DNA of 64,000 nt, from the NCBI GenBank assembly GCA_003971905.1, contig RSEE01000040.1, positions 1 through 64,000 of the forward strand, written 5' to 3'. The notes below the pieces were generated by a model that saw only the letters and a program-made list of their open reading frames with translations, had not been told where the DNA came from and did no database searches. Shown in pieces: positions 33,319 to 47,832 of this stretch (positions are counted from its first letter, which is position 1; each line of letters starts with the position of its first letter). A program made the position numbers and the translations under genes. Source of the stretch: Moniliella sp. 'wahieum' (Eukaryota).

Positions 33319-35041
33319 ATGCGCCTCAGCCTCCTCACCGCCCTCCTTGCCTGTCTTGGCACTGCTGCTCCAGCCGCTGTCCCTCGTCCCGCCTCCCGCT
33401 CCCACCCCCACCCTCCCACCCGCGTCACCGACGAACAGCCTTTGCTGGCGTACGTTCCCAGCCCCCCCTTTAGCTGTGTACCCATGACACTCACCTCCTC
33501 TCTTTCCCCCCGCAGCTCGTGGCCAACATCGGCGGTGCTGGCGCAGAGACAAACGTGGAAGGTGCTCTGGCTGGGTACGTTCTTCTCCCCACCTCTTCCG
33601 CAGTCTTTCCGCAAAGACACCAATTAACGTACTGCATGTGAACAGAGCTGTGGTAGCCTCCCCTTCTAAGCAGGCGCCTGATTACTTCTACACGTGGACC
33701 CGTGACGCTGCTCTTGTGGCCAAGATCCTTGTGGACCGGCATGGAGACGAACAGGTCGGGTCAGCTACCCTTCCTCACGCCGCAATTGACCAGCACGTCT
33801 TCCAATCCCCACAGGCTCCAACCGGCCCGTTGGCTGTCCCGTTGCGTACTCTTCTTGAAAACTGGGCTCGGTCTGAGATGATTCACCAGAGCAACGCTGC
33901 TTCTGCCCCTGCCGGCCAAGGAGAGCCCAAATTCTACGTCAACGACGGAAGCGTTTACATGGGCCCTTGGGGTCGCCCCCAGACCGATGGACCCGCACTC
34001 CGCGCCACCGCTCTCATCCAATTTGCGCGTCAAATTGGCCTGAACGACTCGTTCACTAAAGATCTATTGTACCACCCCAACCTCGATGGATCCTCTCTCA
34101 TCAAGAATGACCTCGAATATGTGGCGCATCACTGGTGGATGCCCACATTTGATCGTATGTTGCACTTCTTTTTTGCTTTTTGCTTGGTTTGCGGTTGTGG
34201 CACTGACTCTCTTTGTTGGCTTCTGAATGTGGGAAGAGCTGAATGAGCGCCACTTTTTTACCCTCTCTGTGCAGCGGCGTGCTCTTATGGAGGGCGCAGA
34301 CCTTGCTGATGAGTTGGGTGACCATGCCGCAGCCAAGTTCTACCGCACCCAAGGTGCCCACGTTCTTGAGACACTTCAAGGATTTTGGGATGAGAAAGCA
34401 CAGCGCGTTCAAGCCTACCATGTCCCCTGGAGGTCTGGAGTTGACTGCTCTACTCTGTTGGGCTCTCTCCATGGATGGAACCAATCGTCAGTGGAGTCAA
34501 GTTTGGACGAGACGCAATTTGGACCGGCGACGCAGCGCATGCTTGCAACGGTGGACCAATACCTCTCCACATTCCGCTCGTTGTACCCCTTGAATCAGAA
34601 CAAGCCCGCACCGCATGCGATTCTGACTGGCCGTTACCCTGAGGATGACTATGCTGGATTTGAACGCACAGGTGGAAATCCATGGTACATGTGCACCCTT
34701 GCCACTGCCGAGGTACTGGACAATGCGGCAACCGTCTTTGACCATGCCCACTATCTCGACGTTACTGCGGCCACGCAACCCTTTTTCTCTCAATGGGTTC
34801 CACGCCTTGGATTGGGGCGCGCTCACCACACACACGCTCCTTTGCCTTGGTTACCGCAGGCATGCGCGACTTGGCATCTGGCATGCGGGACTTGGTTCAG
34901 ATTTATGCCTACCCCAACGGCTCCATGTCGGAACAAATCGACCGCCACACGGGCAAGAATGTGGGAGCACGCGAGCTTACGTGGAATTATGCAGCTTGGT
35001 TGTCGGCAAGCAAGGCGTCGCGTGGCACTCCCGTGTTCTAA
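33319..35041 (+). CDS. Secreted glucoamylase (GH15), no starch-binding domain; introns about 33449-33515, 33575-33645 and 34155-34227
   Basis: Signal peptide MRLSLLTALLACLGTA; VVASPSK..PDYFYTWTRDAAL, GEPKFYV, WGRPQTDGPALRA, FD(L)WEE (acid), GRYPEDDY..GNPWY, SMSEQIDR (base), ARELTWNYA. Confidence 0.93.
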
Positions 35042-36544
35042 TACCCTACCTCCTCACTCAACGTTCGGAACCCTTTACGCCATCGAAGATTTGTCTATCA
35101 GACAACAGTGCTGTGCGCTGTTCTACGTTTGCGTTCCATCACCCTGCCCATGATCTGATCGAGGAGTCTTTACATCACATGATTCGCTATCGGCCCCCTA
35201 TCCGTTTCCTGAATCCAACCTTTTCTCACACTCCTCAGATAGATCATCTCCCTGCTGTTCCCTGCCGTTCCCTGTGTTGTGTGCTTCTTGACCTTACCCA
35301 CCCACACATATTCCCTCTCCCTTCCTCTCCACTTGACCCTACCACATGTTGATTGCGTTCATCAGCACATGCTCATACCACATGCTGCCCCTCCCACGCC
35401 CCGCTATAATGTTTGTACCCTCTCTGTCTACGACGTGCTGATTGTAATGAACCCGCCTTGCACGCCCTATTCCACCAGCCTTATTCCTGTTTTAGCGACG
35501 AGCGTCTGGCCTTCCCCTTCCTACCTATTGGTTCGAGTGGGTTTGATCTTTGGTCTCCTTGTTGATGTTGAGGCCAATGAGAATCCAACAATTTGAGCCT
35601 GAAATCTGAGCGTCCTTCCCTATACCAGGCCAATGCCCACACTCTCTGTCCACATCCTATTTGGTCAGGTCAAGATTCGGGCAGGATCATCTGACAGACA
35701 TGCTGACAAAAGGAGCAAAGAAAACGCCATACAAATTATTGGTTTCGATCACATAGAAGGGGGGGCCGAGAGGGAGATTCACCCGCGGTACTTTGGGGTC
35801 GTGTATTACAGGAGCATGCCTTTGTATCGTGAGTTTTGTTGCCAAGTCTTTTCAGGGACTGCATCACTTCTAACGATCGGGCGTTGCAATTCGATCCATA
35901 GCCTGTCGAAGCATGTTTGACCCCAACGCTGCAAGTTGGGCATGCTGACATTCAGAATGCCTCCTGTCCCCGTTTGGTCGAGCACCATCACTGACTCGAG
36001 CGTTATTGATGATGGACTGCAGGCCGAAAATGGGGAGAGCGTTATGTAGCTGCTGGATCTCGTGGCTGTTCTCCCTATGCCGGCAGTGCTCGTCCAACGC
36101 GGGAGTTGCTGCCTCGCATTAGAGATGGATGTGCCCCCCCGCTGTTGCTTTCCTCTGGACTCGAAGGGAGTCTGGTTTGGTAACGTATAGTTCTCGTGCC
36201 AATATCCTCCTGGTCTTTGGGATGCGCAGAGGTTGCGCGGAGGGCGCTGATTGTGCATGGCGTCGTGGCTGATGATGCAGATGGGGGCGCGATGGGGCAA
36301 GTCTGTGTTGGTGATGGTGGGCCCAAGCCTGCGTCTGCCATGTACAACAAGTACACCTATGTGCGTGCCATCGCAGAGACCAGGTTGCAAGTTGCAAGAA
36401 TGGGGGACACTGACGCTGTGCGGCCGCTCCGATGTTACAAATGGTCCCCCGGCCTGGACGCAGCCGGGCCCACCCGACCTTCGCGTTGTCTCCGCGGCTC
36501 CTCTCCATCACCCCTTGCTTTCCCGCCTCGATCGTCCGTCCAGC

Positions 36545-36983
36545 ATGGCTGCCACTGCCCCCCCCACTGGCCTGGTTGGAGAGCGCACCGACCTGTGTGT
36601 CGCCAACGGCTTTGTCACTACCGGCCTCGGCTTTGCTTCGGGTGCGGTCTTGTCGCTACTTGTTTTTAAGCGTACGTCCCGTTCTCCCTGCCTTGTCGCG
36701 GGGACGCGAGGTGCGAAGCTGACTTGGGTGTCCTAGGTCGCGCTTGGCCTATCTGGCTAGGGCTCGGATTTGGCCTGGGCAGCTCTTATTCCGACTGCCA
36801 GCGTATTGCCAACCCCGTGACGCTGCCAAACGTGCGGGTCCTGCTGCTGGCTCGCCCGAAGCCCAATCGGCGCCCACATCGGCGTCTACCTTTGAGCTGC
36901 TACAGACCCGAGCAGGTGAGCTGTTTGCTCAGGCTTCGTCAGCCGTTAAGGAACAAACGGGATCGGCGTCTGCTTCTAAGTAG
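36545..36983 (+). CDS. MIC10: MICOS subunit Mic10 (intron 36672-36736)
   Basis: DLCVANGFVTTGLGFASGAVLSLLVFKRRAWPIWLGLGFGLGSSYSDC shows two GxGxGxG TM segments with a basic loop. Confidence 0.9.
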
Positions 36984-37892
36984 ATGTTTGTTTCCAAAAA
37001 GGGTTCTCCCGGCTTCACACTGTACTCCCGCCCCCTCCCCTCCCCTTCGCTCTGGCTGTTGCTGCGCCATACCACTGGATCCAGAGTTGGTTTCCTTCCT
37101 TCTATTGCGTGTGTGGATTTGTGTGGTGCAGCTGCAACAGGGTCTGTGCCGACTTGCTCCCACCTCTCGAATTGGGGACACAATGTCGATCTTTTTGTGC
37201 CCTGCTTTTCTGCTGCGATCATGACAGGAAGCGAACACGCCTTGGAATGGAGCAATGTTGCTCCCAGTGTTGCCGATTTTAACGCAGAGAGGTGGCATTA
37301 CAATCAATGTCTTCAGCTACGTTCCACGCGCGGGGTCCGCCAAACCAGGATGCCGAACAGCCTCTGCTGGTATTTAGTCTCCGCGATGGAACATTAAAAA
37401 AGGTCAATGATAGTATGCACACGCTGCAGCGCTTCGAGAAAAATGTGAGCGCAAGCCTAAGGGACCTTCTCTACGACGGGATGGGGGAAGGACAATCGCA
37501 TCCCCAAGGTATTTAGACGTCTGCCATTGAGAACCGCGATACCGCGGATTCCGCGCGCCCTCTGCGACAGACTGAACTTCACCCCCGACCAACTCGCCCG
37601 ATAACTTACCTCTCCTGATTACATTTGCTACCCAATATTCATCATTCACCTCCCTAGCGCAGCGGCCATCTCCAATTACTGCTATGAATTGCGATGGAGC
37701 ACGTGCCAAAACAGCAAAGTGTACACAAATGAATGGTCGTAGGAGGACAGAATGATAGGGGGTCAAGTGCAAATAAACGAAATTGGCGCGGTGCAGGCTT
37801 AAAAGCAACAGAAGATGAGGATGAGCGCGACCTACCCATCCTGCCCATGGGGAAAAGAGGCAAACTTCAAGCTCGACATGGACAAAAGAGTT

Positions 37893-38417
37893 TTAGAAGC
37901 CGGGCGGACGTAGACCCTCCTGAGGCTGTTGACCTGCAGGAGCAGCAGGGGCTTGGGGCATTTCCGAGCATGGCGGAAGCACCAGATGACTGGCCTCCCA
38001 TTTCCCGCTCTTGCATCGCAAACCTTGCTTCATCTTCAACAGCAAGGGCAAACGGGAGACCAACCAAAAGAGCCGATGTGGTTAGGATCCAAGCTGCCCG
38101 GCCTGCAAACGCGCCGAGCCCCAGGTAAAGCCTGTCACGGTAGACACTGCACCCGATACAGCAGCACGAGTGCTTGGGGGCACAATGTCCTTGAGTGCGG
38201 CTAGACGTTCGGCAAGCGTCTCCTCAAGTGGCTCATCATCTTCGGATGATGCAATTGAGCTCTGTAAGGGGAACTTCCGATCAGTATGTTGACACAAACG
38301 AGAGAGACGACTAAGACATACAACATCACTCCCCGTTTCGTCCTCGTCTTCCCATTCCTCGGCATCAGTTTGGGAACGGCGGTAGTGTTCGTCGGTCGTC
38401 TCCTCGAGTTGGACCAT
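37893..38417 (-). CDS. TOM22: Mitochondrial import receptor Tom22 (intron 38262-38321)
   Basis: MVQLEE, acidic N-terminus, ETLAERLAALKDIVPPSTR, AWILTTSALLVGLPFALAVEDE, ending LRPPGF*. Confidence 0.92.
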
Positions 38418-39180
38418 AATGGAGGTAGTGGTGGTCACGGCCAACAGGCTATGACGCGGGGACCAGGCGAGGAGCTCCTGAAAATACGAAGCTTCCCTCT
38501 CGGTCATTTCAATTCCACCTTGCCCAACAGCATTCCGCCTATAAGATGACGATTTACCCCGCGTTACCGGCTCCCTTCCAACTCTGCTTGCCGACCACTC
38601 GTGAATTCAATCCTTTTCGAAGTCTTTTAGGACTGGATAGAGGAAACGTGACGTCCACCGGCCACCAGAGCCGCTATACAGTTAATCCAGCTCCGCACCA
38701 CAATTATGAGGTCAATGGTGTCACCAGCAAGTCAAGCATTCTCTGCTTCCGACTGAGATTCAAAAAAACACAAAAAACTATATGATGGGGCAGATAGAGG
38801 GCACACCTCCACTGAAAAGAGTATTACGGTATCCCCCACGAAACCTTTCTCCTTCGTTGCCGCCCTACTGGACACATGACACCGAGAGGAGAGTATACCA
38901 CCAAACTGGCCACGCTAGTTTTGCTCCTCTGAAAGTAGGCGCTTAGTGTCTCTGCTTTTGCAAATGCGGGCAATACCTGTGGGAGTAAATCAAAAATCAA
39001 AATCAAATCCAGCTTCCCGAGCGGAATCAAGAGCATGATTCCGGTGCTGCGCCCCGCTACGGCGCCAGTGTCTGGGCAGAGGGCCAGGCTGTGGCCCCGC
39101 TGGGTGCTCTGGCGAGGGGGAGCGCACCGATCGACTGGAGCCAAGTCGTCGCAGCCGCTGTCGACTCCACCATCTACATC

Positions 39181-40450
39181 ATGTCCGCCCCTCCTGGCAC
39201 GGGTGGCCGCAGCGTCGCGCGCGTATATGCCAACGCCAATCAACTCTTTGGCCGCAACTGGTGGGACTACGACAACCTCAACGTTCAGTGGGGCACCCAG
39301 GACAACTACGAGATCCTCCGCAAGGTCGGTCGGGGCAAGTACTCGGAGGTCTTTGAAGGTGTTAATGTGGGTGGCGTGGTGCCCCCTCAGGCGCCTATCC
39401 CAGCCCCCGACTCTGCTTCCAGTGCTCTTGAACCCGCCGCTTCGGCCTCGGCTAGTGCATCGGCCCCGTCTCACGCCAAACCTGACGTGCCGGAAAAGTG
39501 CATCATCAAGGTGCTCAAGCCTGTCAAGAAAAAGAAGATCAAGCGTGAAATCAAGATTCTGCAAAACCTGGCCGGCGGCCCCAATGTGGTAGGGCTGCTG
39601 GACGTGGTGCGTGACCCGCAGGTATGTTACTCCCGGTTGTCCCTATGTACCTTTGGCTGACTTCCCATTTATGATCCAGTCCAAGACGCCATCAATTATC
39701 ACCGAGTATGTCAACAATACAGACTTTAAGGTGCTCTACCCACGCCTGACAGACTTTGACGTGCGGTATTACCTTTTGAGCTGCTCAAGGTATGCCTCCC
39801 TCCTTCCACTCATTTTTTTCTCTCCAGCTGACCCGCTGCCCTCCAGGCGCTTGACTTTTGCCATTCCCGCGGCATTATGCATCGGGACGTGAAGCCGCAC
39901 AATGTGATGATTGACCACGAGAAGCGCAAATTGCGCCTGATCGACTGGGGCTTGGCTGAATTCTACCACCCCTACATGGAGTACAATGTGAGGGTTGCAT
40001 CGCGTACTTTAAGGGCCCCGAGCTACTGGTGGACTTTCAAGAGTACGACTACAGCTTGGATATGTGGTCGCTGGGGTGCATGTTTGCCTCGATGATTTTC
40101 CGCAAAGAACCCTTCTTCCACGGCCATGACAACTACGACCAGCTGGTCAAGATCTGCAAGGTGCTCGGCACGGATGAGCTGTATGTTTACCTGGACAAGT
40201 ACGACATTGAGCTCGATACGCATTACGACGACATCCTGGGCCGGTACCCACGCAAACCGTGGGCTCGCTTTGTGACCCCAGAGAACCAGCGCTACATCTC
40301 GCCGGAAGCGCTCGACTTTTTGGACAAACTACTGGGTACGACCATCAAGAACGGCTGACGGCCCAAGAGGCCCAGGCGCATCCGTATTTTGCTCCGGTTA
40401 AACAAGCCATCAGCACCAACACGGTCCCCAACCCCACAACAACATTGTAG
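39181..40450 (+). CDS. CKA1: Casein kinase II catalytic subunit alpha (introns 39622-39679, 39790-39846)
   Basis: [78 protein letters not shown]. Confidence 0.97.
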
Positions 40451-41039
40451 ATGAGAAGGGCGTGGACTGTCCCGTTGTGCCTTGTTCTCCCTGGCATGAA
40501 TCTTGCCCGCTTGAGGCAGGCGTCTCGCTCGGACACAGAGCATTCTACTGTCTTCTCGTTGAGTTGGCGCCCCCCCCTCCCCCTTCGCGTTACCAACTGT
40601 TCCCCCCCTATACGCCTTCCACGCCTCCCGTTGGCCAACGTCGCATGTGTATGCACCTCATTTATGACGTTTTGCCTCTTGATTCCGGCGATGGCGCTAT
40701 TTCGGTCAGTTCACTCTCTTATGTACTCCCTCGATTCCCCTAGCGGCGAAAGAAGGGCCGAGGCCACCACAGCTCTGTGGCGCTGGTCGCTCAAGTTGAG
40801 ATAGAGGAGACGGACCCGGATCGGAGATCGGAGAAGAGACGTTGTAAGACCGGGCAACTCATGGTACTGTTCGGTAGAGCATCTCTGGAGACGTACAGCA
40901 ATACCATGCAATGGCGAAGGAGGTGGTCGAGGTCCAAGCTCTAGGCCTCATGCCACGCGTGAAGGAAAAAGTAGGGTTCGTACCACCCGCCGTATAGATG
41001 TGTAGGCCTGGGAAGTCAAAGAGGGGCAAAAGGGTGATA

Positions 41040-41135
41040 TCGCCCGTATCAATGCGCCGGTGAGCCGCCATGAGGATCAACAAGCGTGCCTGCTCAATCT
41101 CCATCCGGCTCTGGGCTATGAGCGAGATGATGGTG
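41040..41135 (-). pseudogene. Acyl-CoA dehydrogenase (ACAD10/11-like) C-terminal fragment
   Basis: TIISLIAQSRMEIEQARLLILMAAHRRIDTG resembles the IA.SR.EIEQARLL.L.AA..ID helix of this family; flanks are degraded. Confidence 0.55.
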
Positions 41136-41359
41136 ATACGGCGCCTTGAACTATGAATACGTTCGGGACCGCAGGTTGCCAACAGGCGTCTTTTGTCAAG
41201 CTTCAAGCTTCACGTTGGAAGACAGATCTGCTATCTGCGATCTACCGGCAGCGCAGACAGGCGTGATTTGGAAGGACAAAGTGGCTGAATGAGATACAAG
41301 TACAAAACAACTAAACAAAAAACACGCCAAGAAAGCAGGCTTCGTGGGAGCTGCCGAGC

Positions 41360-43642
<2,283 letters not shown>

Positions 43643-44138
43643 GGCGGTGGATTGGTGGCAGGAGAGAAACCGATGCGGCAGACGCGGGCCAGCCTCACGC
43701 GTTCAGCGTCAAACCTGGGTTGCGGCGCGCCGAGGCAGCCGCCGCTCCCCGCCCGCATCGCATCGCATCCCTTGCATACGCGACACGCGACGCGATGGGA
43801 AGAGACTGGCCGCGTGCGCGCGCCCTGCGCCACGCACGTTCCGAGAGCCGAGAATGCAACTTTGGGGCTCCAGTTGCAATTGTAAATGGCAGGCGGCAGG
43901 CACGTGCTGACGTGTGGCATGCTGCAGGGGTCTATGCCCCCTTGGTGACGTAACCGGTAACCAGCCCCCCCCGCCCCCCGCAGTAGGGTTGGGCCCCGAC
44001 GGTTCTCAGCCTCGGCCGCTGAGGCTCAGCAAGCGCAGTGGCGCGCTTGGCGTCGTTGTCGCTGGGCACGCGCGCGAGTGGGTGCGTCTGCTCACCCACC
44101 CGCTTCGCCCTTCGCGCCTGTCCAGCCCGCGCTCTACC

Positions 44139-45513
44139 ATGCCTGCCTGTGGTGGCATCCATGCGCCTGCCCATTCGCCGCACGGCGTACTGGCCCGGCT
44201 CAGGACAGTGTTGCGCTGGGGCCCCTTTTGCCTAGCGCTCGTCGTGCTTGGGTTTGGAATGGGGACGAGCCTGTCGGTGGCGTGGGGATGGTGCACCTGC
44301 TCGAATGGCCACGGAGGGCTGTGATGCTGGTGGTGCTGGTCTATCTACTGGGTGGGATGTTTCTCTGGTGCTTTTTGGTTGCCTCTTTCCGCTCCCCTGG
44401 CTACACCAGCGACTTGGCCACCCTTCCTGCCGCTGAGGAGGCTGTCAGTGGCGCAGCGGAGCATCCTCTGCTGCTCATGAGGACCAAAGCTCCCTCATCG
44501 ACCCCGACCAACCGCCAAACACAGAGCGCACACCCCTTTTGGCCAGCGCCGCGCCCGTGCTGGTGTCTGGGTTGAGCGTCAAAGCGCGAGGTGGGCAAAG
44601 GTGGTGCAGCAAGTGCAAGTTGCCCAAGCCAGATCGGGCGCACCACTGCCGCGTGTGCAACAAGTGCATTTTGCGGATGGACCACCATTGTCCTTGGTTG
44701 GCCTCCAGCTGTGTCGGATGGCGCACATACAAGGCATTTGTGCTGCTTGCTGCATGCCACGCTCCTCTGTATTGTCCTGCTGGCTGCGAGCTGTACCAGT
44801 CTGTGGCTGTTGTGGCTTCGGTCCTCGGACCGGCACCTGCCTCGTGAGCATGTGATACTGCAGGTCAGCTTGGTGGTCGTGACGCTGGTGTTTGCCTTTG
44901 TCTTGCTTCTGTTCACCTCCTTCCATATTAACTTCTCTTGCACAACACCACCACCATTGAGAACGTGGAGGGGGGGAACAGAATCCGAGTGACGCCTGAT
45001 GAGCAGGTTGCCTGTACTGAAGAGAGACGGCAGGCCTAAGCAAGCCAGAACGGTCACGCCTTCGTGCTCGCGCACGGGCGATTAACGTGTACGATGTAGG
45101 CCTTGGCAGAACTTTGTCACTGTGTTTGGCCGAGATTGGCGGCAATGGTGGAGGCCCACTATGCCCTCGTACGTCCTTGCGTCCTTTGCCTGCCACCTAC
45201 GTCCTGTTCCTTTTACTGACGTGCCTTCCCCTCTCTTGCAGTGAAGGAGACGGTACATCTTTCCTTGTGAATCTGACCAAGTTGGCAGAGCTGCAGCAGA
45301 TCGAGGCCCAGCTCGCCCGGTTTGCTTCACCAGCTGGCCGCCCGGGGTCCAGCCGAGACGCAGGCAATTCATTGCGCGAGGCTCTGCGCCCGCCCCTAAG
45401 GAGAAGTCTTTCCCCCCTCTATCTGCTGTTCCGCTGGACAAGTTAACAATGAGTTGAAGCGTCTGTCATTGCCCCGCACGCAAACGCCGGATGGACTGCA
45501 GCACTCCGTGTGA
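44139..45513 (+). CDS. DHHC palmitoyltransferase, Pfa3-like (end approximate)
   Basis: TM segments; [66 protein letters not shown] after an intron at about 45168-45241. Confidence 0.9.
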
Positions 45514-47832
45514 CCCTTTGGTTGGTTGTGCTTTTTATATTTTTTCTTCCCCCCCCTCTCTCTTACCACCCCCGCCTACCCCTGCACCATGAGGGGGGTT
45601 GATGGCGGAGATTTCCGTTTGCGCCGTTTGCGGGCGCGCCTATGCTGTATCATTGCAACCAGATAGGGATTGGGAGACCGGACAACTTCACGCCACGACT
45701 CGCCCGCATCGTGCATTTGTTCGTGCCGATTTCTAACCTGGAGCAGCAAGCAAGCAAAGCCATTGGATGCATAGCGCGGCGGCACGCCTCTAGGCCTTCA
45801 GACCGGTAAAGTACCCGTGACCCTGATCATGTCCAAGTCGCGGCTATGGTGGCTTCTGGACACAGGGGTGTAATATACACGTTGCGCTATCAAAAAGTGA
45901 TGGAGTCCATTGTGATGTGTCCGGGTGGACAGCGGGGAACACAGAGGTGCGGCAGCGTACGGCTTGGGCGGGAACGTGGGGACGCGTTACGCGCGTTCTG
46001 CCAGGTTTGCCTCTTGTGGTTCAAGCGGAGCGCGCAGAGCGGAGCCCGCTTGGGCAATCGTGTTGCGTAGGATTCTGGTGAGATGCCGCCGAGTAGCCGA
46101 CTTTAGCTCGAAGGGTCTCTAGTAGGCCGCAGCCAGCACGCTATGCTGGGCGTGACTGCGGCTGGCCAGTGCCCAGGTCACCACGAGTATGTCATGTGGC
46201 GCGCCTCCTTGGTTCTACCGCGCTAGTGCATGGTCTTACTTATGTTGTATGCAAACCCGCATGCTAGTCTCATCGACTCCATTGCCTCTTCCCCCTGTCT
46301 CCACTTTCCCTGCTTACATCGCCATTGCTCACAGTTGACATCGCCTCTACCATCGCCCTCAGATGAACGAGCGTCTTGGGATCGGCTCATCACCTCCATG
46401 AAGCCCTTTTCTTGTGTGCTCATTGATCCCGCTCACCCTTTGGTAGCAATACCCGCTTGGATTGCGGGATGCGCATTGCTTACGGACTCCAACCCGCGCG
46501 CCTTCCCCCCGCCCCTTTTCGGTCATCGACTACTTGTGTCTGACTCAGCTTCGAGCAAGGGAGGCGCATACACTGACCTGCCCTGCCGCTGCTGTCAAAA
46601 CAGGTTTGTTTGGGTGGGAAATGCCCCCCTCGCTCGTCCCGGCGATTGTGGTTCTCCCCCTTTGTCTTCCCACATCAGCATTTGTCTCACGGTGCATTAG
46701 TACTGAGTACTGACTCCTGACCGCAGCCTTTTCTCCTCCCACCGGTAGGGCCCGTTTTGGGACGTATGCACGGCAAGCAGTGTATGGCTGATAAAGCACA
46801 GATCTGGTTGTGGTGCGCACATTTATATACTGTTTCTGTTTGCTCTGTCTTCGGGAGAAGAGGAGGAGAGGCAAAGGGAGGAGCTGATGGTTCTGTTTCA
46901 CGAGAGAAGAGCCTGACAGGGGCAGAGACCCCAAGAGTTGGGCCACCATAGATGCGCGTCACAAGGAGAAGAAAATGAGGGAGGGAGGGAGGACGGAGGG
47001 GGGGTGGAGGAGGGGGGGCGGGATGGGCAGCACGCAGAGCTGGGGCGACGTAGAGGCCGAGGGGGCGCAGGGGCTGCTCTCGCTTATCAGGAGGGCGGAT
47101 GGAGACAGGGTTGGTGCCCAGGCCAAATCCCTCTATCCTGGGGATTGAATAGGATACTGACTAGTGATTGGAGTGGCTACGCTTACGGTTGCGCAGTACG
47201 GGTTGCTGGTACTCCGATGGGTAGTTACTAGTGCTCGTGACTGGCCGGCTGCCCGTTCCCATTTAACGTTTTCGGGTGTGTGTTCGACCTGAGCGGCACC
47301 CTACGTCATCGAATGATCGCCCAGATCATCGGTCACCGATCAGGGGGTGCGCACAGTGTCGCCGGGCGCGGGAAGACGGGACTGCTGGACGGCCGCTGGA
47401 CGTTTTGGGTCTGCCCAGAACTCAGACTGCGTACGGACGTACCTGCGTACTGTCGTCGGGTGTTGAACGTTTGAGCGTCCGGTGCAGAGGCTGGGTGCAT
47501 CAGCCCGCGCAGGCCCGCGCAGGCCGCTGCCAGGAGGTGCCAGCGGATGCCAGGGGGCGCGGTGGGCTCGGGTGGGCCTGTGCTCAGGCTGAGCTCAGCG
47601 TTCGCCGCACAGCGCCAGTGTGGGCTCAGCAGACAGCGGCGCTGGGGCGACTGCGCTCGTGCCGAGGAATGCCGGCGTGTCTCGGGGGCGCAGGCCGGCT
47701 GGGGCTCTGATTAATCAGGGATGTATACATGCGATACTCCGTGCTTTGGGTGCGCACAGCCAGAGACAGACTGAGCATCCACTCGGTGTGCCTGCCTTCG
47801 CCCGCCGCCTGCGCCCCGCCGCTCCTCCCGCC

